Source of the DNA: Trichoplax adhaerens
Lineage: Eukaryota > Animalia > Placozoa
NCBI RefSeq assembly: GCF_000150275.1
Contig: NW_002060949.1
Coordinates: forward strand, 5,017,006-5,081,005
DNA length: 64,000 nt
Reading direction: 5' to 3'
A program made the position numbers and the translations under genes. The notes beneath the pieces were generated by a model. The model did not search any database. It worked only from the letters and a program-made list of their open reading frames with translations, and had not been told where the DNA came from. Positions 1-12,680 of the stretch are shown here, in pieces (position 1 is the stretch's first letter; the number at the start of each line of letters is the position of its first letter).

Positions 1-262
1 CTACTGTTTCCTTTATGTACCAGTGGATCTTTGCATGCACCCGCATCGGCTGCTGTAAACTGTAGTGTTTTGCACTAACTTGCACCGTAGACGCTACTAT
101 TTACCCCACACTTGGTACATAATTTAGTTCTTTTTCAAAAACAAGCCCTGAGGTCATCCACGGTGTCTCGGTGAAAATTCCTGCTGTGCAATTCTTATTT
201 CCAACCTCGTTCTTTTCAATTTGTGAGGTCGCATTCGCTTAAGTGAACCTGGTTTCATAAAC

Positions 263-3200
263 ATGTCGATCAAGAAAAGTAATTTTCCTGATATAAAAAT
301 CCCTGAAGGGACTGTCTTCGATGTTGTTTTTAGTAACCTAGAGGAAAGAAAAGATCTCGTACTTTTGGTAAATCTCTATTTACCGTCTACTATAACTTGC
401 AAATAGCTTATCATTATATACGAGTAATGTAACTTATCATTAAATCGATGCAATACCTACACAGACTCTGCCAACTAGGAAATCATTTCTATACTTTGAT
501 ACCAATAGTCTCTTTAATTGCGGTTATCGTGACCTCAATAATCAAAACAAAATTGCCGATAGATATATTCACATTTGCACTAATTTTGCGTTATACTTTA
601 CAAAATTAACTATTGCAATCCTGTACGATATGCTTACAGTAAGATACATTATATTGCTTAGATTTGAAGATTCTAAAGCCTTGCTAATGCACTAGTAATA
701 TCCGTACAGAACTCTGATGTTATCATAATTTTATTCAAATTACAAGTAACAAATTTCTTTAGACCATTCATAGTAGCTACGATCGAAATCAAAATACGCT
801 ATAATACCAATTGATTGCATTCTGTTATTTATTTAACTTTTATTTAAATACCAACTGAACTTTTAATCAAGAAAGTATACTTTATAAATTTTTAAAATGA
901 TATTGTTTTCAACGTGATTATTAAGGTTGATGGACTCTCCGATAAGTCCTATACATTACAACAGATGTATGAATTATCCAGACGGGCATCTTGTGCTTTA
1001 CGAAAGCATGGTCTTCGTAAAGGCGATGTTTTAGCAATCATTAGTCCAAATACCCTAGATTATCCAATTATCCAGCTAGCTGCAATGGCTATAGGTGCTA
1101 CTATTACAGCTTTCAATCCTTTGTCGACACCTAAGGAAATATCCTATTTGCTAAATGATTCTGGAGCAAGATTTGTAATTTTGCATCCATTTGTGATTAA
1201 AAACTACGAGGCAGCGGAAAATAAAGGCGTTGATGAGAAATTCGTTTTTGGAAATGTCGACGGATACACTTCCATCTCCAGCTTTTATGAGTATGATTTA
1301 CGATATTTAAAAATTAGATCAATTGTATAATTATTATTGTTAATAAATACATTTATGCATACAAGCACCTTATATGTGAACGTATGGAGAAATTTTCGTA
1401 CTAGGCTAGATGTTATGCATTAGATATATAATTAATAACTGTTATTAAATTCGAGAATACACTACCCAAGAATTAGAGAAATAAATTATAAAAAAAATTT
1501 AGAAAATATGAAATTAGTAGACATATAATTGAGTATTTTACTACGTAGCACCTACACTAGTACTACACCATCCAGTAAATTGCTTTTACGAAGATACATT
1601 GTGAAGAATATCACAATATTTGTCTATCCATTACTGATGCGATACTTTTCCCATGGATAGGGAAGATGACTCCACATTTATGGTCGATGAAACTATTGAT
1701 GTTAAAGAAGATGTTGCAATGATGTTTTATTCAAGTGGTACTACAGGCTTACCTAAAGGAGTCATGCTTTCCCATCGCAACATTAACTCAATCTTCGGAA
1801 TGGCTGATGTTATAAATGAATTGCATCCTATTTTCTTTGTGGGAAAAGTTTGTTTTGGTCTCTTACCGTTCTACCATATTTATGGTAGTATCCTAGTACT
1901 ATTTTTGCGCATGGTAACCAGTAAAAAGCTAATTATTGTACCTCGATTCGATCCTGAAGGTTTTCTTGCTGCTATTCAGAAATATAAAGTAAGTACGATG
2001 ATATTTATTACATAAACGATGTACACCTTTGATCTATATCTTATATATCTACGTGTATCAGCATAACATAAACATATAATAGTTTATCATTTGACATTTC
2101 TTCCCATTAAACTATTCTTGCATTATATACAAAGTAAAAAGTATCGTCTATTTCTTATTTATTGACAGATTGAAATGCTCAATCTAGTACCACCGCTCAT
2201 AAATTTCCTCGCTAAAAGTCCATTAGTCGATAACTTTGATTTGTCTAGCGTATCAAGTGTCTTTAGCGGAGGAGCAAGTTTATCTCCTGAAGTTGGTCAA
2301 CTAGCAGCGAGTCGGCTAAATTTACAACTGATATATCAAGGTAAATACTTTTGTAGATTATTAAGAAACGCCGAATTCAAAATTCATATGTTATGTTGAC
2401 TATCGTACCATACAACTTTATAACATGTAAATTATCCTTCAGGTCTATTCTTCCTAATCTAACCAATATTAACCTCCATAATTTCCTCATCAGGTTTTGG
2501 AATGACTGAAACAACCGGTGCATGCCACTTTCCTCCACCAGGTAAACGGATAGATACCATAGGGTATCCTTTACCCAGTATGGAATGTAAGGTTGGTACA
2601 TAGCGAATAGCTAAATATGCCTAATTTATTAGCACAAATACTAGACTTTCTATCTACGTAAAAATGTTACGAAATTATGCAAAATCATACTTCGAATTTG
2701 CAACACATTTACAGATTGTCGATAGTGAAAGTAAAAAATTAATGGGACCAAATGAAGTTGGCGAATTGCGTGTTAGAGGTCCAAATGTCATGTTAGGCTA
2801 TTGGAAAAAACCTAAAGAAACTTCTGAAACAATGGATGAAGATGGCTTCTTGAGAACTGGTGACATCGGCTACTATGATGATGAGGGATTATTCTATTTA
2901 GTAGATAGAATTAAGGAACTTATCAAGTATAAGGGATATCAAGTAAGTTATCCCGGATGAGTTTAGCATCATTCATTACGCTATTAGCTTTGATAATGTG
3001 CTGGTGAAGCTTACAGAATTTTTTTGCATTTGCATTACCAGGTTGCTCCGGCTGAATTAGAGGCAATTCTAAATGGACATCCAGCAGTACTTGAATCAGC
3101 TGTTATTGGTGTTAAAAATGAAGAAGCTGGAGAATTACCAAGAGCTATAATAGTAAAGAGGCCAAATCAAGGTTTGAGAGTACCAACAGACGTGTCCAAT

Positions 3201-3403
3201 ATTGATACTATGGTATCAGAGTTTTAATTTTTTTTACTAATTTTATAGATGTCACAGCTGAAGATCTAATCACTTACGTTAATGAAAAAGTTTCACCTCA
3301 AAAGAAATTGAGAGGTGGCGTCATTTTTGTTGCTGATGTTCCAAAATTGCCAAGTGGAAAAATACTACGCCGAGCTCTACGTGAACAGTACGGAAAGGCT
3401 TAG
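263..3403 (+). CDS. 4-coumarate-CoA-ligase-like / luciferase-like acyl-CoA synthetase (ANL superfamily), copy 1; 8 exons
   Basis: Exons 263-367, 926-1290, 1661-1988, 2169-2340, 2494-2591, 2715-2942, 3042-3171, 3249-3403, all GT-AG and phase-compatible. Motifs: P-loop [60 protein letters not shown]. Ends ...EQYGKA*, with no PTS1. Confidence 0.92.
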
Positions 3404-6032
3404 TATCGAAATGCGTCGCTATAACCCATCGTAGCTTATGGCACTTTAATATGGACCAATTTTAGAAATATTGTTTGCTAATTTTATTATTATTTTATTT
3501 TCTTCTATCGTAATTGCCAAGCTTTCGTGTGTTGTTGTAACGAAGTTTTTAACAGTAAAGTACACCATATTAAACTAATAAAAGATAGCTACAGTGTTGT
3601 TGAAATTAAAAACAATTGGAATTAGTACCTACCTGCATGCATTATATTATATGCGTATCATCAAGATGCTCACTATCGCCTCCATATTTCGGGTACGTAA
3701 ATACAATACTGTAGTATCTTAATTAAAACGTTTGGCATAAGCCGGTTTAATAAGTTGTGTTGAGAGAAGGGTTTGTCTAAACTAGCTTGAAGCTGTTAAA
3801 AGATCCCACAATAAAGTTACTCAGAAGAAGTACTAGTACTAATCACTCTCGATACCCGTTTCTGTAACACGACATTATACCAAGGTTGATTATATAAATT
3901 AATTATATGCAGAATTGATCACTGCCTTTTTCAGTCAAGTCGATTAATTGATCTTGTCTACTCTTAGTCATGGAGTTAGACAGTGAGTGAGCTATAGTAA
4001 ACATGAGCCAGCATCAAAATTTTTAACTCTTCAAAAATTAACACGAGCACGCACACACACATTTAATGGCATCTATATCAACAGTAATTATTATTGGCAA
4101 CCATGATTTACAAATTAGATCGGACCTACATTCTACAAATAATACGACGTAATTAAATATCACGACATATGTCCTAGGACTAAAAGCAACCGTAACTACC
4201 AACAGCTTAAAGGCGGAGTCAATCATGCGCAACATGCGGCATATATGAAACCATTTCTTCAAAGTATGTAAACTAATTTAAGACTAAATGATAATTTTAT
4301 ACCACTTAACAGGTGCTAATTCAGTTTATTCTTGTACAATGTACAACCTGTCAAAATCCGGTATTCATTTGTTCAGTTTCAACTAATTTTGGGTTAGTAT
4401 CGGTGTTAAAGAAGTTTTAACAAAGAGTCATACAGTCAATACTTCTGTATACAGCAAAATGCCTATTGCAGTCCATAAATACAATTTATGCCTGATGTAA
4501 TCACCGTATCATATAACAGTACTGTCGTTAAATGACTACAATATAATTCACTTAATTTTATGGCCTATAGCGTATTCTCATATACCGTTTATTAAGCCTC
4601 GTACGTTAGTGCACTTATAACATTTTTAATGTACATAACTTGTAAGTACGCTTACTGTAGCATAAATATCATTGCTATTTTATGCAATTTTAGTACTATA
4701 TGTATCACAGATATACAATTTTACCCTTCCTAATTATGAGTACTCAAAACCAATTCAACTAAGTCATAAGGATTACAGCTATAATATGTGCTATTAAAAG
4801 TGTTGATCGAAATGTAATGGAATTGACTTACCGTCTGTGTATTGACTTCAAAATTAATAATTAGTACGTCCTTCTGAGCTATCAAACTAAAATACATCTA
4901 ATATAGTCTTTTACTGAACGGTAGTTTATCATGAGTTTTTATTGTAGCAAACAGGCTACAGCAGCATGCTTTTTAAATTAAAGGAAATCAATAACGCTAG
5001 ATTTTTATCTAATTCTGATCCAAGATTCAGCCAGACTCAATCCCATTCGACCATCATATGAGGAGATATACGGTACAGAATACACGTAATGCAATTTAAC
5101 TGAAATTAATGGCTAAATTAATAATTTTAAAATTAGTTTATAAAGTTATACCAGTCTTGATCAGTTCTATTAAAAGCAAATTTAGATAAAGTTAAAACTT
5201 TAGCTCCATATAAATAAGCCTTGGACATATGGAGTCATCATAAGGAAACTGCATCACATTATAGCACCATTCCCACTCATTTCCACTATTGAATATGCAA
5301 GCTATTATCAAACGTTATGAAATAATGCTAGTACGTAATGTGTAATAAATGTACTGTGCATACATCTGTACGAAAGTAGCACGCATAAATTTACTACTGT
5401 ACAGGAAATTGAGATAATAGCACCGAAATAATCTATTATTCTCATTATTTTTCCGCACGTACGCGTATGCAGTAAATAAGATCATTTTTTGCCATCTGTA
5501 AAATTTTATTTGTAGGCTACGATGTTGTAGTTTTAACCTGTCTTCACTTACCTATAAAAGCAGCTGTATAAATGATTATTAGATTACTTGGTAAATAATA
5601 AGGTGAAAGTAGACGATTACTTTTGAGGACATTTTCAGAGCTAAAATTACTAGACTGGACTATATTTTCAACAGAAAATACTCCTAGTCTTTAATGTAAG
5701 GTAATAAAACGAATAGTTTCTCTTTTATATATATATATAACCTATATGCATATACATGTATAAAAGTGTCGTACATATACCATACCGAAGGTAAATAGCG
5801 TTGCATTTTAAAGCAATATACGTATATCTTAAAATCTGAGCACTATTAAAGAATAAAAGATGTGAGTAAAAATTTTAAGATAACATTTACTGAGTGCTGC
5901 ACAGCTACAGCCACAAGACCGGTAATGTCTAATTATATTAATCTGTTATATCTGCTACACAGATAGCCAGTCAAGCAGTAGGCAAACGAAAACACACGGT
6001 CAAAGTTGTTTTACCATGCATATAACATTTCT

Positions 6033-7070
6033 TTATTGATAGTCATGTTCAGCTGGGAAGGTTATACCAGATCTTTGTAGAATGACACGTGCAGCATAAA
6101 TTCCACAACGAACACATTCAGTTATAGGTTTACCTTGGACCAATTGGCTCAAATAACCACCGGCGAAAGCATCTCCTGCTCCATTACTGTCTACAATGTC
6201 ATCTTGGTTGAGTGGTGGTACAGGAAACTCCATACATTCACCGTCGCGAACTACAATAACTGGATCTTGACTTTGAGTAATGATCACGATACGAGGATAC
6301 TTGGGATTCACCTTGGGCATAGCTGCTATTTTCTTACCAATTTCTTTCAAATCAGAGGTTCCAAACGAATGCTCTTTAGCAAAAACATCAAATTCAGTTT
6401 CATTACCGAATAAAATATCGATATAAGGGAAAATTCGCATCATGTCGTCCTTGACTAAGGTAATTAGATAAGGTGCGGAAATATTGGTTGCGAAAATTTT
6501 TCCATTGTCGTGGCTGTGCTTAGCGACAGTCATCATGGAGGAGGGTGAAACCTTTAAGAAATAACCTGAAGAATAGTAAATTTTGGCTTTTTCTACCCAA
6601 CGCCAATTTTCTTCTTTTAATAAATGCTCTTCCTTGTAATGTTCTGCGGCACCCAAGTTGGCGACTAAGGAACGATGCTTGTCGGTCAGCAAGACAGCAC
6701 AAGTTCCAGTTGGTTGTTCCGATGTCTGCATGTAATTGACTCTCAAGCCTTCATTGGTAGCGGCATTAATTAACAGATCAGCGAATTTATCCTTACCAAT
6801 ACAACCAATGTATGTGGTGACTTGCGGCTGACGTAATAACCACTGGGCTGTACGAATTGAATTTTGCGTAGCACCACCAGCAATAAAATCGCATTGATAT
6901 TTTTGCATCATTTGATCAAATAAAGGCAAGTGTTCCTCACCTGCCAAAATGGCATTATTGGCTTCCAAGTTGTACGCTTGTAGAAAGCTCTTATCAACAG
7001 GAGCGGAAATATCAAGTAATGGGTTACCCATACCAAAAAGTACTCCTTCTGGGATATCTGAATTAGCCAT
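6033..7070 (-). CDS. ADK: Adenosine kinase (PfkB/ribokinase family), single coding exon
   Basis: Uninterrupted 345-aa ORF with GMGNPLLDI, AGGATQNS, TGTCAVL, RSLVANLGAA, FGNETE and DSNGAGDAFAGG motifs typical of eukaryotic ADK. Confidence 0.95.
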   Translation of the reverse strand: MANSDIPEGVLFGMGNPLLDISAPVDKSFLQAYNLEANNAILAGEEHLPLFDQMMQKYQCDFIAGGATQNSIRTAQWLLRQPQVTTYIGCIGKDKFADLLINAATNEGLRVNYMQTSEQPTGTCAVLLTDKHRSLVANLGAAEHYKEEHLLKEENWRWVEKAKIYYSSGYFLKVSPSSMMTVAKHSHDNGKIFATNISAPYLITLVKDDMMRIFPYIDILFGNETEFDVFAKEHSFGTSDLKEIGKKIAAMPKVNPKYPRIVIITQSQDPVIVVRDGECMEFPVPPLNQDDIVDSNGAGDAFAGGYLSQLVQGKPITECVRCGIYAARVILQRSGITFPAEHDYQ

Positions 7071-8159
7071 TTCTAATGGAATAAAGTCAATGGAAAGGGA
7101 AGAAGAATTAGAAATACCTAGTCATATGCTAGCCAAAAGGAAAGAGCTTGTTGAAAGCCTTTGCAATTGCAGTCCACTCCCGTTGACGCGTTGGGTAATA
7201 ACAGGTACCTGCTAACGTGTCGAGTTCTGTTTTATAATACTGTATGCTGTAGTAGTCAGTCAGTATAAAAGTATTGCACATGCGTACCACCAGTCTAGTC
7301 CACCCGGTATCACATGGACTGCTGGTAATTGGCTAGCTCATGGCACTACTGTACTACATTCATACTGAACACTTTACACTTAAAGTGTACAGTATGGTAT
7401 AGTGTACTGTACTGTCAATGGAAATTTATATAAGCCCTTGACCTTGCGCACACACGCTGTCTGAGTTCACTGCCGTCAGTAGAATGTAGACCAGTCTGTA
7501 GCTTTAGTGCTGGACTAGTGTACCTACGGTGGGCCAGTTCTTGCCTTTTGGGGATAAAATTTACAATTTTATCTTGAGGCGTTCCTAGGAACAGTGCACG
7601 TAGAGGTAAACGAAATCCCAAATCCCCTGACCTCATTGCAGGTATCTATTCAGGTAAAAGTCCCTCGAGTGCAGCGATATTTTTGGAATGGCCGATTTCA
7701 CCAAGAACATCGCCTCATCAGGAAGAGAAAACAGCAGGGGATACACTCACTCACTACACCACACTGTAACTACAGTGCAGTATGGTGACTCCAGAAATCG
7801 GACATCATTGCTAGTACTGTAGACTGCATACTGTACGGTACAAAGTCAAAACAAGTCTCAAATAATAATAATAATAAAAATATTAATTAATATTTTACTA
7901 GCGAATTCCGTGAAAATTCCACGGAATATTGCACTGTACATTATACATGGAGTATTTTAACTTTAAAGTTAATAATTATATTCATTTATAATAGTGTGAT
8001 ACACGTACACTCGTACAGTACAATCGCATTAATCGCATTAATATAATTTGATGATTATGACAGCCGGTCTCGATCGTCTCGACAGAGTACGCAGTGCTGA
8101 TGGCACTATCCAGCTGCACTCAATCAAACTAGAAATATTCATGATCAATCTCCTTCATA

Positions 8160-9010
8160 AAAAAATGATTTTAAAATACAGTACATTGTGACATACAGTA
8201 TTAGAGCATACTGTACTGTACTGTACAGTACAGTACAGTAGTGTCGTGTACTCTACAGTGTATATACTGTACTGTACAGTATATAAATTATTTCCTTTTC
8301 TACAAGTACAGTACCAAAAAAATGTTCGCCGCAAAGCACAGAACGTGATGTACAGTGTATAGTACTGTAGGACAAGTACTGTAAGGTACAGTACTTAGTA
8401 CTTACCCGTGAGAAGCCTTTGCTTTTGGGGTTTTTCAATTACAGTACAGTACAGTACAGTACAGTATGCCTATGTCATTGGGGTTACAATACACTAGTCT
8501 GGACTATGGACTACAGGACTTGACTGATCACTCTTGGACGGACAGACCTTTTCGGCCTCATCTTGACAAAATATTGTTTCAAATACTTCGTTATGACACT
8601 ACTTTAGTATGAAGATGGTCGATTTTTACATTCACTGATTTTTTTTAAATTAAGAATATTATGTTGAATTCATACAGTTAAGAAAAAAACGCTTAACTCT
8701 GTGGTTGAATCTTATTATCCATTCCTAAGTTCTGCTTGGAAACAGTCACATAAGATCGTAAAATTTAAAGTGTACTGTACACTGTACAGTGTGTACTGTA
8801 CAGTACTGTACACTGTACAGTACAGTACTGTGTACTGTGTGTACATCATTATTCGATGTTTACGGCCTAATCCATATGAGAAGTCCGTCTGTCCGAGGGA
8901 GTGATCAGTTCAGGTCTTCTCTAGTAGTCCATGGACATTGGACATCTTGGACAGTGGACACTCCCGTTGAGACTCCATTGGACAATGGACAGTACTGTAC
9001 TGTATTGTAG
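8160..9010. repeat. CAGTA/TACTG pentamer arrays and palindromes with a pair of degenerate inverted repeats (MITE-like or regulatory)
   Basis: Perfect 32-bp palindrome at 8209-8240, (CAGTA)n at about 8440-8466 and TGTAC/CAGTA mixtures at 8770-8845. Imperfect inverted arms at 8501-8553 and 8878-8932 share ACTGATCACTC/GAGTGATCAGT. Confidence 0.7.
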
Positions 9011-10181
9011 AAAGGAAGGAAAGCTGTAATAGTCCTTGGTGGCACTATTTTCAAAGTCTCTAGCAGGAACCACAGTACTCTTTCTTTCGAGTAGTCCATG
9101 ACAGTTGGGGCATATCAGCATTTATTAGTTATCATGCACTGCACAAATCGCTGAAACGGCTTATATTAGTATGCACAATAAACCATATAAGCTGTTTTTC
9201 ACCGATTTGTACGTGATCACTAACAAATGCTGCAACTCTCTAATGACTATACTTAGAAGTTTCGACGATTTTGAGATCATGTTCTGTACTTCGAGAACTA
9301 CGAGATCGCGAGCATTTCTAAAAAAAGTAGAAAAAAATAGTAAGAGACAATTTTAGATAGACTGATGGAAGGCCTCCACTTTCTCTTCAAATCATCAGTT
9401 ATTAATGCCAGAATGCAACATGACTATCACGTCCACTACGCTTCTATATGTCTAACTTGAATAAATATAATAAATGGCTTAGATAGTTATGACAGCGTCG
9501 CCCCCAAAAATGAATAATAATAATAAAATGGACTCCTCAGTATAGTTCTCTATTTATTAAAACTAATTTCTCACTAATCAACTTTATAGTATAGAATAGT
9601 ATCAAAACAATTCAAATCGATCAATCAGGAAACAATAGCAATCACTGGAGGATGGATTAGAAAACAGAGAATGTTGCGGCAAAACAATTTCTTTTAACGC
9701 TGTCAAGAAACGAGAGTAATACAGTTATACATTGTATACATAGAACGTGTATTACTGATGTAGCTCATTGAATGATAACTATAATTAATTTGTCACTATT
9801 ATTTCTTATGGAAGATACAGTAAGTTGATTGCTTTAATTGAAAGCAAGTGTAGCCATTTGTCTGGGGAATAGTCATTGTTACTATGGTAATTTATTGACT
9901 TGCGTATATTCTGTTATTATTATTGAAATCAATGGCGTAGACACTTGTTAGCATTACAATATATCGCTACTTAGATTGGAATAACATTCACTATATATCA
10001 CGCTAACGATGTCAACGTATATAAGGTACATAGACACAGTTTAGCAACTGTTTGAGGAAATCGCGCATTGTTAATTGAATTGCATAGCAAGAGCATTCAA
10101 TGCTAACGTGTATTAAAACAGTTGGAATACTATAAGAGGACATTGGCATTGTATTCGAAAATTGGAAGGCATTAATTCATC

Positions 10182-12680
10182 ATGGCTGGTCACGTACCTA
10201 AGGATGCGCTTACCATTAAAGATGTTACTCAAGCTGAATTAAAGTTGTCACAAGTGGAAAAAATCAAATTGATCAATGATGAAATTAAAGCATTACAAGA
10301 TTATTGTAATAACTTAGGACTATCGAAGAACGACTTAAGTTCAAGTGCGAAACCCCTTCAAGATTTGTTATGGAGTCAGAAAATGAAGGGGCGTTTTCGA
10401 TTCCTGGTTTATCTCGCTATCATAGTTGCTATTTGTAGTATTGCCTACAAGCAACCACATATTCAGAAATCTTGTCATTTCTGGGCTCGTAAAGCTCAAA
10501 TATCGGTAAATTAATGAAAGAAATACTGTATAAAATATCCAATCATGATACATCACTGTCTAAATCATTGTAACTCAAAAGAACTTTTTCGCCTCTGAAA
10601 TGAGCAACTTCATACATTCTTGAAACCTCTTTGCGATATAATTTGTAGTACAAAAATAACAGGAGTAAAAAATACTGTTAATATACCATTTTAAGTATCA
10701 GTAAATTAATGCTGAAAGAATAGTTATATTAAATATCGAATCATCCTAGATTACTATACGTAAAAATCACTGTAACTTAAATGTATTTTCTTTCGCGTGA
10801 AGTAAGGAACTTAGTAGATTCTTGAAACCTCTTTGTGACCATAGATTGTACTGTATAGTACTACAAAAAAATAATGATAATATACCTTGTTCCTGTTCCT
10901 AAACAATAACTCTTTACTGTTTTCTATGTCCGACCAGATTCTAAGCTATTGGGACTGGACAAAGCTGTATGATAACGACTGCCTTGTAGCCAATCCAAGC
11001 TTTGTTAACGAAGGAGATGCGATAACGGAAGCGGACTGTGCAGTATGCAAAAAGTACTCGGTGAAAAAAGTCCGTAATATCACTACCAAATCATTAAACA
11101 AGTACTTTTTAACCAAAGACAGACCGGTTGTCGTAGTTGATGTCACCAAGGATTGGCCAGCAAATGAAAAATTCTCCGTTCAGTTTATCCGCGAGGTTGC
11201 TTAGTTACTTCGTCGTTATGTCGATAGTTAATAGCAGTCCGCTCTATGCAAATAAATCTATTTTTTATCACGTCGATGTTATAAGTACTTCTTCAATGTA
11301 AAACATATTCTCTTTCCGAACAGCTTTATAACAACAACTCTGCCTTGAAAGATGTCAAACCATGTTCCTTTCGAAGTTCAGATGAAAGCATTAAATCGCT
11401 AGACGATGTATGGGTTGCAATAGACCAAAATGAATACGCCGACGCTGTCTGGTATGTAAATTATGATGTAGTAATTGTTGTAATAATAAAGATTGCTATA
11501 TGTTGAAAATGTACTTCATTAACCTAATCAAGTTTATGCTTATCAATCAAATCCTATGATGATTATTCGCAATAGAATTGACTAATAGAATTAAATAATT
11601 AATAATCGTTAATAGAGCGCAAAGTCTTTGTGTGTTAACGATATCAACCAATCACTAATATAGATTGAAGTAACTGGAATGCTTAATATCGCTTGATAAG
11701 AAAAATGTTACATGATCTTATTTGAAAATTTTATTATAAAGCTTTCCTACTAATAGCAATTATATCAAAATTGTATTAATAAGAGATCATTTGAGTTAAC
11801 TGTTGCACATTTTACTACAGTCCTAGAATTATCGTCTCAAATCAGATAAACTACAGTATTCAAGACTCAATATGGATAATCATACGAACGTCGAAATTTT
11901 TAAATGATGAGGTTATGTAACCAAATATTTCTACTTTTATAGGGAGAACTGTGAGGGACCACCAACAAAAGCTCTTCGAGCTTTCCATAGCCGCATTGAA
12001 ATTTTGCCTATGTCGTGCGAAGGCTCCTCTACGAATTGGGTACTTGTATCCAAGGGCAAGAATCAAGATCAACCAATACTATTCGTAAGTTCGCATTTAA
12101 TAGCAATAATCATTATTATTATTTATATCCTGGTTCAAAATAAACCTGATCATTAAGTAGCGTCCAGTAATATTTACACCAGAATAAAGGTTATACATAA
12201 ATATCTTATACCTATAGGATGAATTTAGAACGACGGGCATCTTATTTACGCAGGTAACAAATCGTATTGCCTCGATCAACTTTTCATTGACACTTCAATA
12301 CCATCATTTAGTTCAACATAAAGCCAGACTATATTAATTCGTTATTCATTAAACTTAATATCGATTATTTTAGATCACTGGTAAAGGTGAAATAGAATTA
12401 GAACCACATGAAGCATGTGGTAAGATATGCAAAAAACAGAAAGTAACTTTAAATCCTGGCCAAACCGGTTAGTTGATATCCGAAAATTCAATAATTTTTT
12501 ATCTTAATACATTAATGATACTAATAGCCCCCTACATACTACCGCAAACTAAAGGAGTCATTTGTTGTCGTTTTAGTTATCTTTACCGAGAAGCTTTGGC
12601 TACTTTCATATCGACCGCTTTCCGACACGGAAACCACTGGCATCTTAACGACATATCATCAGAATGTTTTCTATAATTAA
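10182..12680 (+). CDS. C6orf89: C6orf89/BRAP-like (bombesin receptor-activated protein family) type II membrane protein; 7 exons
   Basis: Exons 10182-10505, 10938-11195, 11324-11451, 11943-12084, 12218-12253, 12374-12467, 12577-12680 join in frame. There is an N-terminal helical region, a TM segment (FLVYLAIIVAICSIAY), WDW..CL..NP and CxxC. The C-terminal ITGKGEIELEPHEACGKICKKQKVTLNPGQT resembles the C6orf89 G.....L.P...C...C.......PG segment as I recall it. Family assignment is from memory. Confidence 0.7.
10617..10875. repeat. Short direct duplication in intron 1 of the C6orf89-like gene
   Basis: TTCTTGAAACCTCTTTG...TACAAAAA(A)TAA occurs at about 10617 and about 10819. Confidence 0.6.

Noticed and set aside
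8160-8850. CRISPR-like array
   Set aside because: There is no constant repeat with unique spacers, no cas genes, and the context is eukaryotic.
6135-9356. Short ORFs overlapping ADK and in the CAGTA region (e.g. 8253-8438, 8701-9121)
   Set aside because: These are antisense or alternate-frame shadows of ADK, or low-complexity translations (YCTVQYS) of the pentamer repeats.
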